Shown here in pieces: positions 8,292 through 16,394 of a DNA stretch of 33,036 nt. Position numbers and translations under genes: made by a program. Origin of the DNA: Planctomycetia bacterium (GTDB lineage Bacteria; Planctomycetota; Planctomycetia; Pirellulales; UBA1268); contig RGVT01000001.1 of NCBI GenBank assembly GCA_010027105.1, forward strand, positions 1 to 33,036. Direction: 5' to 3'. The notes under the pieces were generated by a model. It saw nothing but the letters and a program-made list of their open reading frames with translations. It was not told the DNA's origin and made no database searches. How positions within the stretch are numbered: position 1 is the stretch's first letter; each line of letters opens with the position of its first letter.

Positions 8292-9022
8292 CGCAACTCC
8301 CCGCACCGCTCGACGTGATCGCCGTGGGGGCCCATCCCGACGACGTCGAGATCGGCTGCGGGGGCACGCTCTCGCTGCTCGCCTCCCAGGGCAGGCGGGT
8401 GGGGATCGTCGACCTCACCGACGGCGAGCCGACGCCGCGGTCGAGCGGCCCCGAGGAGAGGCTCGCCGAGGCCGCGGCCGCCGCCAAGACGCTCGGCGTG
8501 GTCCACCGCGAGACGCTTCCCTTCCCGAACCGGAGGCTGTTCGATTCGTTCGAGGTGCGGGTGGCGCTGGCGACGATCCTCCGCCGCTGGCGGCCACGGG
8601 TGGTGCTCGGGCTCGGCGACCGGACGCCGCTGGCGTCGCCCGACCACGCCCAGGCCGTGGCGATCACCGAGGCCGCCGTGTTCTACGCGCGGCTCACGAA
8701 GTGGGACGACGCGTTCGCCGGCCTGCCCGTGCACACCGTGCCGCAGTTCCTCACCTACTTTTTGTTCGCGGGGATTCCGGGCGTGCCGCACGGGCACTGG
8801 CCGATCGTCGTCGACATCGCCGGGCACCTCGAGACCAAGCTCGCGGCGGTCGCGTGCTACGCGTCGCAGTTCCCGCCGGAGAAGGCCCATGTGTTTCCGC
8901 GGGTGCGGTCGATGGCGGAGACGGCCGGGATGATGGCCGGCTGCTCCGCGGGCGAGGTGCTGGCCGCGAGCCGGATGCCCTGCACGACCGACCTCCTGGG
9001 GTCACTGTTTCCCGCGGGTTGA
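8288..9022 (+). CDS. PIG-L family deacetylase (LmbE/BshB1-like)
   Basis: The last third of track ORF 6803..9022. GTG at 8288 overlaps the cobL stop (GTGA). VIAVGAHPDDVEIGCGGTL and PDHAQA (HxxH-type zinc-ligand region) are PIG-L hallmarks. Confidence 0.8.
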   Translation: MTQLPAPLDVIAVGAHPDDVEIGCGGTLSLLASQGRRVGIVDLTDGEPTPRSSGPEERLAEAAAAAKTLGVVHRETLPFPNRRLFDSFEVRVALATILRRWRPRVVLGLGDRTPLASPDHAQAVAITEAAVFYARLTKWDDAFAGLPVHTVPQFLTYFLFAGIPGVPHGHWPIVVDIAGHLETKLAAVACYASQFPPEKAHVFPRVRSMAETAGMMAGCSAGEVLAASRMPCTTDLLGSLFPAG

Positions 9023-9032
9023 ACCGGCCGCG

Positions 9033-9070
9033 GCCCGGGCGGGCCGGCGATTGAGATCGCCCGCCCGGGC
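9033..9070 (+). terminator. GC-rich stem-loop (12-bp perfect arms) after the PIG-L gene
   Basis: GCCCGGGCGGGC (9033-9044) and GCCCGCCCGGGC (9059-9070) are exact reverse complements separated by 14 nt. There is no U-tract. Confidence 0.35.
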
Positions 9071-9127
9071 TGGCTATCCTTGCGGGGTCGAAGGGATGCC
9101 CCCGGGCGGGGCGGTCGAGGCACGAGC

Positions 9128-10502
9128 ATGGTTTCGCGAACAGACGCCCAGCCGTGTGCCCTGCCGCCCGCCGGGCTGCCGCTCACGGCGTTCGAGGAGT
9201 TCATGCTCCTCGACGACCGCCCCTCGCACCCGATGGCGATCGTGGCGCGGTTCGACTTCGCCGACGGGCCCCCGCCCCCCGGGCTCGCGGAGGCCTTCGG
9301 CGCCGCGCTGCGGCAGGAGCCGCTGCTCACCGCCCGGATCGTGCGGCCGCCGCGCGGCAGGCCCCGGTGGGTCGCAGCGGAGCCGCCGGCGCTCGAGGTC
9401 GCGGAGATCGCCGCCGGGGAATCGGTGCCGCCCCTGCGGCGGATCGACCCGGCACGCGGGCCGATGATCGGGGCGACGCTCGTGGAGCGGGCCTCGGACT
9501 GGTCGATCGTGGTCGCCGTGCACCATGCCGCCTGTGACGGTCTGGGGCTCCTCGGCTTCGTGGAACGCTGGTTCCTGCGCGCCGCGGGCAGGGAGGGGCG
9601 GCGGGGCCGGGATCCGGCCGACACGCTGGCCGCGGTCGACAAGCGGGGCCGCGTGGCCGGCTCGTGGCGCGAGTTCCTCGGGCTCCTGCCGCGCCTCGCC
9701 AAGGGGCTCGAGGGCGTGGGGCAGTTCGTGTCGCGCGAGGTGGCCTCGCTCACCGACCGGCCCCCCGGTGCCGGAGCATCGAGCGGCACCGAGGGCGCCG
9801 CGGCCGACGCGTGGCGTCCGACGATCCTTTCGGCCACGCTCGACGAGCGGGAGGTCGAAAGGCTCGAGCGGCGGGCGCGGGCCGCCGGGGTGATGGTCAA
9901 CGACCTGCTGATGACGTCGTTCGTGGCGACGCTCGGGAGGCACCTCGAGGGGCGCGACCCCCGGCACGGCGGCGCGGCCTGGATCCGCCTCGCGACGCCG
10001 CTGAGCCTGCGCACGAAATCGGACCACCGGGGCGGCCGACCGCCGCGACGAGGCCGCGTTGGCCCGCAGCTTCAGGGAGGAGATGGACGTCATCCGCACC
10101 CACGCCCTCGGCCACGTCCTCCCGCTCAGCCTCGAGGTCGGCCGCTGGCTCCCCGGCGGACTGAGGCGGACGGTGGCGCGGCCGCAGCCGCAGTCGACCG
10201 CCGTGCTCTCGAACCTCGGTGGCTGCTTCGTCCGGTCGCCCCTCCTCGACGATGCCGGCTGCCTGCGGGTCGGGGCGGGCCGCCTGGCGGGATGGTGGAT
10301 GGTGCCGCCGCTCCGCCCCGGGACGGCGCTCGCCGCCGCCACCCACGAGACGCGGGGCCGCCGGACGGTCGCGTTTCACGTCGACGCCGCCCGCGTCCCA
10401 CCGGCCCGGGCGCGGGCCTGGCTCGCCGAGCTCGTCGAGAGCCTGGCACGGGACGATCGGCCGGTGGAGACGGCCCCCGGGGCCGAGGTGGCGGCCCGAT
10501 GA
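9128..10502 (+). pseudogene. WS/DGAT-like or condensation-domain acyltransferase (HHxxxDG) with an internal frameshift
   Basis: The N-terminal half is in the frame of 9128, with HHAACDG at 9521-9541 (residues 132-138). The C-terminal half (..AVLSNLGG..VAFHVDAARVP..) is in the frame of ORF 10059..10502. The frames must switch between 10005 and about 10060. Total length is 1375 nt, not divisible by 3. Confidence 0.65.
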
Positions 10503-11881
10503 CCGCGCTCGCGCATCCGTCCGGAGCGGCGGTGCTCGCCCTGTGCCTCGGGGCCCTGCTCGTGCCGCAGGTGGTGCTCACGCTCTGGTTCGCGCGGATC
10601 GTGCGCCTGCGGACGGGCGAGTTCGTCGGCCGGGGGACCGCGCGGCACGAATCGGCCGCGATCCCCGCCGAGGTCGTCCTCTGCCTGCGCGGCTGCGACG
10701 CGACGCTGCCCGACGTGTTCGCGGCACTCGCCCGGCAATCGCATCGCGCATGGCGGCTGCGCGTCGTGGTCGATTCGACCGACGACCCGGCGTGGCCGGT
10801 CGCCGAGGCGGCGGTGACGCGGCTGGCGGGGGAGGGGGCCTCGTGGAACGGCCACGCCGTCGAGCCGTTGGCCGCGCGGCCGTCGCGGGGATCGCTGAAG
10901 TGCGCGTCGTTGCGGCAGGCGCTGCGGTCGCTGGCCCCCGAAACCCGCGTCGTGGCCCTCGTCGACGCCGATTGCGTCGTGCACGTCGACTGGCTGCACA
11001 CCATGGTCGACGAATGCCTGCGGCCGGGCGTGGGGGCCGTGTCGGGCAATCGCTGGTACGAGCCCGTCCGCGGCTCGTCGCCCGGCGTGGTGCGGGCCCT
11101 GTGGAACGCCGGGGCGATCGTCCAGATGACGACGTTCGGCATCCCGTGGGGGGGTTCGCTGGCCGTGCGGCGCGAGGCGGCGGATGCGTGCGGCTGGGTC
11201 GAGGAGATCGAGTCGACACTCTGCGAGGACACGGCGCTGGCCGCGCCGCTGGCCCGCTCGGGCTGGGCCTACCGGTTCGTGCCCGCGCTGACGGCGGTCG
11301 ACACGGACGACGACATCGGCTGGGGGGCGCTCACCCGCTGGATCGCGCGCCAGCTCCTGACCGCGCGGCTGCACCACCCGGCCTGGCCGCTGGTGGCGGC
11401 GCACGGTCTCGGCACCTCGCTCGTGCTCGTCGCCGGAGCGGCCGCGGCCCTCGGGGCATGGGCGGTCGGCGACCACGCCTCGTGCGCGGTCGTCGCGGGA
11501 GCCGTCCTGATCTACGAGGTCGTGAGCGTGCTGATGGTCGCGATCATCGCGGGTGCTATCCGCGCCGCGGCCGCGGCCGCAGGCAGGGGGATCCCGCCGT
11601 TCTCCGCCGGGCGGTTCATCCGGTGGGGGGCCCTGATCCCGGCGACGCAGGCCGTCTACGCGTGGGCGATGGCCCACGCCGTCACCGCCCGGTCGATCGA
11701 GTGGCGCGGAATCGTGTACGACGTCGAGCACGTCGACGGCCGGACCGCCGTGGTCATCGCCGGGGGAACGCCTCCGCGCGGGGCGGCGGTCAGTCGACCG
11801 AGGCGGTGGCCCGCGCGGTGGTTCGCTGGGCGGCCGGACGCTGTCGCGGCGGGCGTCGCGGGGCGAGATCCGCAGCCCTGA
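10499..11881 (+). CDS. Integral-membrane family-2 glycosyltransferase (ceramide glucosyltransferase / HpnI-like architecture)
   Basis: ATG at 10499 overlaps the upstream stop (ATGA). It has an N-terminal TM, VVDSTDD, LVDADCVV (DxD), CEDTAL, LTRWIARQL ((Q/R)xxRW-like) and C-terminal TM helices. It is the last 460 aa of track ORF 9080..11881. Confidence 0.8.
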   Translation: MTALAHPSGAAVLALCLGALLVPQVVLTLWFARIVRLRTGEFVGRGTARHESAAIPAEVVLCLRGCDATLPDVFAALARQSHRAWRLRVVVDSTDDPAWPVAEAAVTRLAGEGASWNGHAVEPLAARPSRGSLKCASLRQALRSLAPETRVVALVDADCVVHVDWLHTMVDECLRPGVGAVSGNRWYEPVRGSSPGVVRALWNAGAIVQMTTFGIPWGGSLAVRREAADACGWVEEIESTLCEDTALAAPLARSGWAYRFVPALTAVDTDDDIGWGALTRWIARQLLTARLHHPAWPLVAAHGLGTSLVLVAGAAAALGAWAVGDHASCAVVAGAVLIYEVVSVLMVAIIAGAIRAAAAAAGRGIPPFSAGRFIRWGALIPATQAVYAWAMAHAVTARSIEWRGIVYDVEHVDGRTAVVIAGGTPPRGAAVSRPRRWPARWFAGRPDAVAAGVAGRDPQP

Positions 11882-13214
11882 TCCTGATGCGCTCCACGCC
11901 GTCGTGGATCCCGGGCTCGATGCGGGAGCCTCCATCCCCGGTGCGGCGGATCGTCCACGAGCCGCCGCCCGGGCCGACCGCCTCGAGCCCCACCTGCGCC
12001 GGCGGAAGGACGCCTCCGTGGAGGCCGCGGACGAGGGAGGACAGGGCATCGGGCTCGAGCTGGCGGAGGACGTCGGCCGCCCAGGTCTCCACCTGCGGAA
12101 GCGGCTGCCGTCGCTTGCCCCAGCGGTCGGCGTCACCCGCGGCGAGAAACCGGTGGATCATCGCCTCGTCGATGACCGGGCATGGCAGGTCGGGCACGAG
12201 CTCCCGCAGCGTGGCGGTTTCGAACACCGGGTCGGTCTGCTCGTAGGCCTCGTAGAGACCCTTCCCGCCGTAGACGAAGTGCTCGACGTCGTTGAGGCGT
12301 TCCGGCCTCGTGGGACCGCAGAACTCCAGGCCGCCCGAGTTCAGGTAGGAACTCGTGAAATCGATGATCTCCCGGATCGTGATCGGACGATCGGGGGCCA
12401 TGTGGATCGTCCGGCCGCGGGCTGCCGGATCGCCCACGAGCCGTGCGAGCACCTCGGCCACCCAGTCGACCGGGATCATGTTCCGCTGTTCGTCGCCCGT
12501 CATGGCCAGGCGGATCGGCACCTTGCGGAATCCCGCCTCGTCGGCCGGCAGGCTGCGCACGATCACCGTCATCAGCTGCAGCATCGCCATCAGGCCGTGG
12601 TAGGTCGTCGTCGCCCCGGTGCGGGAATCCCCCACGATCACCGCCGGCCGGTAGAACGTGGGCCGGTGGAGGAACGCCGCCGAACGGACGAGCCGTTCGG
12701 CCTCGTGCTTGCTCGCCTCGTAGTCGTTGCGGAAGCCGTGCGCTCCCGACGAGGGCTCCTCGGGGATCGGCCCCGGTGCCAGTCCGCAGACGTATGCCGT
12801 CGAGACGTGGTGGAACTCCGCGATCCCGGCCCGGTGCGCGAGCTCGAGCAGCGTCTTCGTGCCCGTGACATTCGTCCGCCAGGGCTCCCCGGCACGGTCG
12901 GCCCCCACGAACTCGAGCGACGCGGCGTTGTGCAGCACCGCGGAGCAGCCGCGGCGGAGCCAGGCTATTTCGGCGTCGGCCAGGCCGCACGCGGGCGCCG
13001 TCAGGTCTCCCTCGAACACGACGGGCCGCGGCAGCAGACTGCCGAGTGCCTCCTCCTCGCGGGCGAGGATGGCCTCGATCCGGTCGCGGCCCGTGTCCCT
13101 CCCCGAGGGGCGCACGAGCACCGCCACGTCGCGGCCGCGGAGCAGCAGGCGGGCGAGCAACTGGCCGCCGAGCAGTCCGGTGGCCCCGGTGAGGAGGAGG
13201 TGTGGCATTGCCAT
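11790..13214 (-). CDS. Thioester-reductase / fatty acyl-CoA reductase-like SDR (NAD_binding_4 type) with C-terminal extension
   Basis: LLLTGATGLLGGQL Rossmann motif, HNAASLEF, the YEASK catalytic pair, and VIVGDSRTG. Start at ATG 13212-13214 or 13206-13208. The 3-prime end overlaps the convergent GT2 gene by 92 nt. Confidence 0.8.
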   Translation of the reverse strand: MAMPHLLLTGATGLLGGQLLARLLLRGRDVAVLVRPSGRDTGRDRIEAILAREEEALGSLLPRPVVFEGDLTAPACGLADAEIAWLRRGCSAVLHNAASLEFVGADRAGEPWRTNVTGTKTLLELAHRAGIAEFHHVSTAYVCGLAPGPIPEEPSSGAHGFRNDYEASKHEAERLVRSAAFLHRPTFYRPAVIVGDSRTGATTTYHGLMAMLQLMTVIVRSLPADEAGFRKVPIRLAMTGDEQRNMIPVDWVAEVLARLVGDPAARGRTIHMAPDRPITIREIIDFTSSYLNSGGLEFCGPTRPERLNDVEHFVYGGKGLYEAYEQTDPVFETATLRELVPDLPCPVIDEAMIHRFLAAGDADRWGKRRQPLPQVETWAADVLRQLEPDALSSLVRGLHGGVLPPAQVGLEAVGPGGGSWTIRRTGDGGSRIEPGIHDGVERIRIRAADLAPRRPPRQRPAAQRTTARATASVD

Positions 13215-13300
13215 TCCGTGCAGGGGGCCCCGACCACCGTTCCGCACCACGCGGCTCGCCGGGCGATCTGGAGAAACTGGGCGATTTGTCGCAGCCCGGC

Positions 13301-13329
13301 ACGGTAGGACATGCACCCGGGCCTGTCAA
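13301..13329 (-). promoter_or_regulatory. Candidate sigma70-like promoter TTGACA-N17-TACCGT for the reductase gene
   Basis: Minus-strand TTGACA (13324-13329) and TACCGT (13301-13306) have exactly 17 nt between them. Planctomycete promoter rules are poorly known. Confidence 0.25.
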
Positions 13330-13363
13330 GAATTCGGCCGGAAAACCGGGCTCGGGCGGCGGT

Positions 13364-15052
13364 TCAGGCCGCGGTTCGCAGCGTCGGCTGGACGGGCCCG
13401 CCGCCGGCCGCCGAATCGGCGACGATCTCCATGATCCGGAAGAGCACCTCCTCCTGGACCTCCAGGAAGAGGGGGTGCTCGCGGGTCAGGACGTAGGCGA
13501 ACACCTCCACGTCGACCGAGTCGCCGCCGCAGGCCACGAGCCGCACCCGCACCGAATCGTCCGCCACGGCGCCGTGCTCCGTGAGCATCGTGCGGACGCC
13601 TTCGAGAACCCGGCGGATCCGGCCGGGGGCCGCGTCGGGCGGGAGCCTGAGGACGTGGCGGAGGAGGAACCGGTCGCGGCAGCCGTGGTTCACCAGCTGC
13701 TCCTTGGCGAACTCGGCGTTGGGCACCGTCACCAGCGTGCGATCGACGCAGCGGATCCGGGTCGATCGCAGGCCGATCCGCTCCACGGTGCCCAGGACGT
13801 CGCCGTATTGGCACTCGTCGCCGATCCGCACCGGCTTGTCGATGAAGATCACGATGCCCGCGATCAGGTTCTCGACCGTGTACTGCGCGGCGAGCGCGAA
13901 CGCGAGGCCGCTGACGCTCAGGCCGGCCACCAGCGGCGTCACCGTCAGGCCGAGCGAATCCGCTCCCACGATCACGAGGTACGACACCACGAGAAACGTC
14001 GTGACCTTGCAGCCCAGCCGCACCAGCTGCCCCTCGATCGCCCCGGAGCCGATCCGCCGCCAGCGGATCACGAATTCCGTCGCCCCGTGCAGCGCCGCCA
14101 CCACGATGCCGATCACGCCGGTGTAGACGAGGATCCGCAGCGCGAGCTTCGCGGCGTAGAGCGCGTCGCCCGTGAACCGCACCTGGGAGGTGAGCGCGTA
14201 GTCGAGCACCAGCGCCGAGCCGATTACCGCCAGCGGAAAGACGAACGCCCGCACGGGGCGGAGCGGGCCGGCGGCCCGGGCGTCACCTCCGGCGGCCGAC
14301 ACCAGCCTGGCCGCGAGCACCACGGCCGCGGCGCAGGCGACGAGGACGGCGGCGGCGATCCACTGCCAGGCCGTCTCGCCGAGGATCGGCGTGTGGGCCC
14401 ACGTCGGCAGCCCCCGCACGAACGATTCGGGGATCATCCAGCCACCCACCGTGACGTACAGGTCGTGCAGGCCCGGGCTGCCCGCGTCGGCCGCGTAGGG
14501 GAGATGGGTCACGCGGGCGAAAAACTCGCCCGATCGGGCGACGGTGTCGGCATCGAACAGGTATTCGCCCTCGCGTGGGCCCTCGGTGACGCGGGCGATG
14601 ACGATCTCGGTGCCCGGCACCCGCCAGCGCTTCGGGGCCGACTTGGCCACCTCCTCGTCTCCCGGGATGGCGGCGTCGCCCGGAATTCCAACGCGATCGA
14701 GCACCTCCTTGAGGCACACGGCCGCCTCCTGACCGCGGGCTTCGGCGAGCGAGGAGGCGATGCCGGTGAGGTCGAGGCACGAGAGGGTGCGGCGGATGAG
14801 CGGCTCGTTTTCGCGCCGGCTGGTAGGCCGATCGCTCGACAGGGAGCCGTAGAGCCTGTCGATCGCGGCGCAGAATCCGCGCAGCGTGTCCCGCGGGCTC
14901 GACGTGTCGGCAGGGGCGAGCAGGCTCGCCGCGGCGTCGCGGCCACCTGGTTCGGCTGCCGCCGTGGGCCGGCCGCAGAGGAGGCCGAGGCACCCGCCGA
15001 GGACCACGGCGGCGATGCGACGGGACCTGCACCGGGGCGGCAAGGATTTCAT
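13364..15052 (-). CDS. Mechanosensitive ion channel family protein (MscS-like) with large N-terminal periplasmic domain
   Basis: ATG at 15050-15052 (MKSLPPRCRSRRIAAVVLGGCLGLLCG signal-like). There are several TM helices, then the MscS signature region NLIAGIVIFIDKPVRIGDECQYGDVLGTVERIGLRSTRIR..DRTLVTVPN. Confidence 0.85.
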   Translation of the reverse strand: MKSLPPRCRSRRIAAVVLGGCLGLLCGRPTAAAEPGGRDAAASLLAPADTSSPRDTLRGFCAAIDRLYGSLSSDRPTSRRENEPLIRRTLSCLDLTGIASSLAEARGQEAAVCLKEVLDRVGIPGDAAIPGDEEVAKSAPKRWRVPGTEIVIARVTEGPREGEYLFDADTVARSGEFFARVTHLPYAADAGSPGLHDLYVTVGGWMIPESFVRGLPTWAHTPILGETAWQWIAAAVLVACAAAVVLAARLVSAAGGDARAAGPLRPVRAFVFPLAVIGSALVLDYALTSQVRFTGDALYAAKLALRILVYTGVIGIVVAALHGATEFVIRWRRIGSGAIEGQLVRLGCKVTTFLVVSYLVIVGADSLGLTVTPLVAGLSVSGLAFALAAQYTVENLIAGIVIFIDKPVRIGDECQYGDVLGTVERIGLRSTRIRCVDRTLVTVPNAEFAKEQLVNHGCRDRFLLRHVLRLPPDAAPGRIRRVLEGVRTMLTEHGAVADDSVRVRLVACGGDSVDVEVFAYVLTREHPLFLEVQEEVLFRIMEIVADSAAGGGPVQPTLRTAA

Positions 15053-15249
15053 GGCGGGCCTCGGCGGGAAAAGGGCAAGCGGCCGAAGCGTCGGGCCCGG
15101 CCGTGCGGAAGCGCGCGGAAGACAGTTCCGAAAAATCCGCCCCGCCGCAAGCCGAAAAAACGCCCCGGCCAGGTCGCGGAAACCGGCCCGGGTCGGCATC
15201 CTGGAACGGTCGATTGAGGGGGCGGCGCGGGCGGGGCTATCCTGTCGTC

Positions 15250-16299
15250 ATGGCGACCCGGGCCTCGACACGCCGAGACGTCGCGATCGTGGGGGGGGGC
15301 GTCGCCGGGCTCCGTGCCGCTGATGAACTGGTCGCGGCCGGGTGCGGCGTCGTGGTGGTCGAGAAAAGCCGCGGCGTCGGCGGCCGGATGGCCACGCGCC
15401 GGCTCGGCGATGCGGTGCTCGACCACGGGGCGCAGTTCTTCACCGTCCGGGGCGACTCCTTCGGGGGAATCGTCTCCGCGGCGGTCGAGGCCGGCCGGGT
15501 CGCGCGTTGGACCTCGGGCTTCGCGCAGGCGGAATCGATCAACGCCGAGGTGGTGCCGGCCGACGACGGCCATCCGCGCTACCGCGGGGCGGGCGGCATG
15601 ACCGACCTGCCGAAATTCCTGCTGGAGAGGCTCGGCGCGCGTGGCGTGGCCCTGCGAACGGGCGCCCGGGTCACGGCGATCGCCCTCGACGGCGAGAGCG
15701 TGCGGCTCGAGATCGACGGGGCCGAGGCGATCCGCTTCGCCGGCTGCGTGGTGACGGCGCCGGTGCCGCAGGCGCTCGATCTGTTCGCGGCGGGTGGCCT
15801 GCCGGCGCCAGGGCTGATCGACGGCGACGCCCGGCGCCGGCTCGCCGCGGTCGCCTACGACCCGTGCTTCGCGCTCATGCTCGTGCTCGACCGGCCGAGC
15901 CGCGTGCCGCCGCCGGGCGGCATCCAGTGTGCGTCGGGGCCGATCTCCTGGCTCGCCGACAATCACCTCAAGGGCATCTCGCCGGTGCCGGCGCTCACGG
16001 TGCACGCGTCGGGTGCATTCAGCCGCGAGCGGTTCGACGACGCGCCCGACGCCGTGAGCCGCACGCTCCGCGATCTCGCGGCCCCGTGGATCGGCGACGC
16101 GGCGATCGTTGAGCAGTCGCTCCAGCGTTGGAAGTTCGCGACGCCGACGACCGTCCTCGAGGCTCCGTACGTGGCCGTGGCGAATCGGCCGCCGCTCGTC
16201 TGCTGCGGCGACGCGTTCGCAGGCCCGAAGGTGGAGGGCGCGGCCGCGAGCGGCCTGGCCGCCGGCCGGTGGCTCGCCGAGACCCTGCACAACGCGTAA
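15250..16299 (+). CDS. NAD(P)/FAD-dependent oxidoreductase (COG3380 / renalase-like)
   Basis: ATG at 15250. It has the dinucleotide-binding motif DVAIVGGGVAGLRAA, followed by VVVEKSRGVGGRMATRR and DHGAQFFT. Confidence 0.8.
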   Translation: MATRASTRRDVAIVGGGVAGLRAADELVAAGCGVVVVEKSRGVGGRMATRRLGDAVLDHGAQFFTVRGDSFGGIVSAAVEAGRVARWTSGFAQAESINAEVVPADDGHPRYRGAGGMTDLPKFLLERLGARGVALRTGARVTAIALDGESVRLEIDGAEAIRFAGCVVTAPVPQALDLFAAGGLPAPGLIDGDARRRLAAVAYDPCFALMLVLDRPSRVPPPGGIQCASGPISWLADNHLKGISPVPALTVHASGAFSRERFDDAPDAVSRTLRDLAAPWIGDAAIVEQSLQRWKFATPTTVLEAPYVAVANRPPLVCCGDAFAGPKVEGAAASGLAAGRWLAETLHNA

Positions 16300-16394
16300 T
16301 ACTTTTTCCACCGCCGCACCCTTGCAGGGACGTGCCCGGGTTGCCGAAGATACGAAGTGAAACCCCGTCCCTGTTCCTTCCGGAGACGCCGATC

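Noticed and set aside
9080-11881. Single 933-aa ORF as one fused protein
   Set aside because: Its middle third (about 10030-10498) is Arg/Pro/Gly-rich read-through, while a different frame carries the sensible acyltransferase C-terminal half. It is better explained as a frameshifted gene plus a separate GT2 gene starting at 10499.
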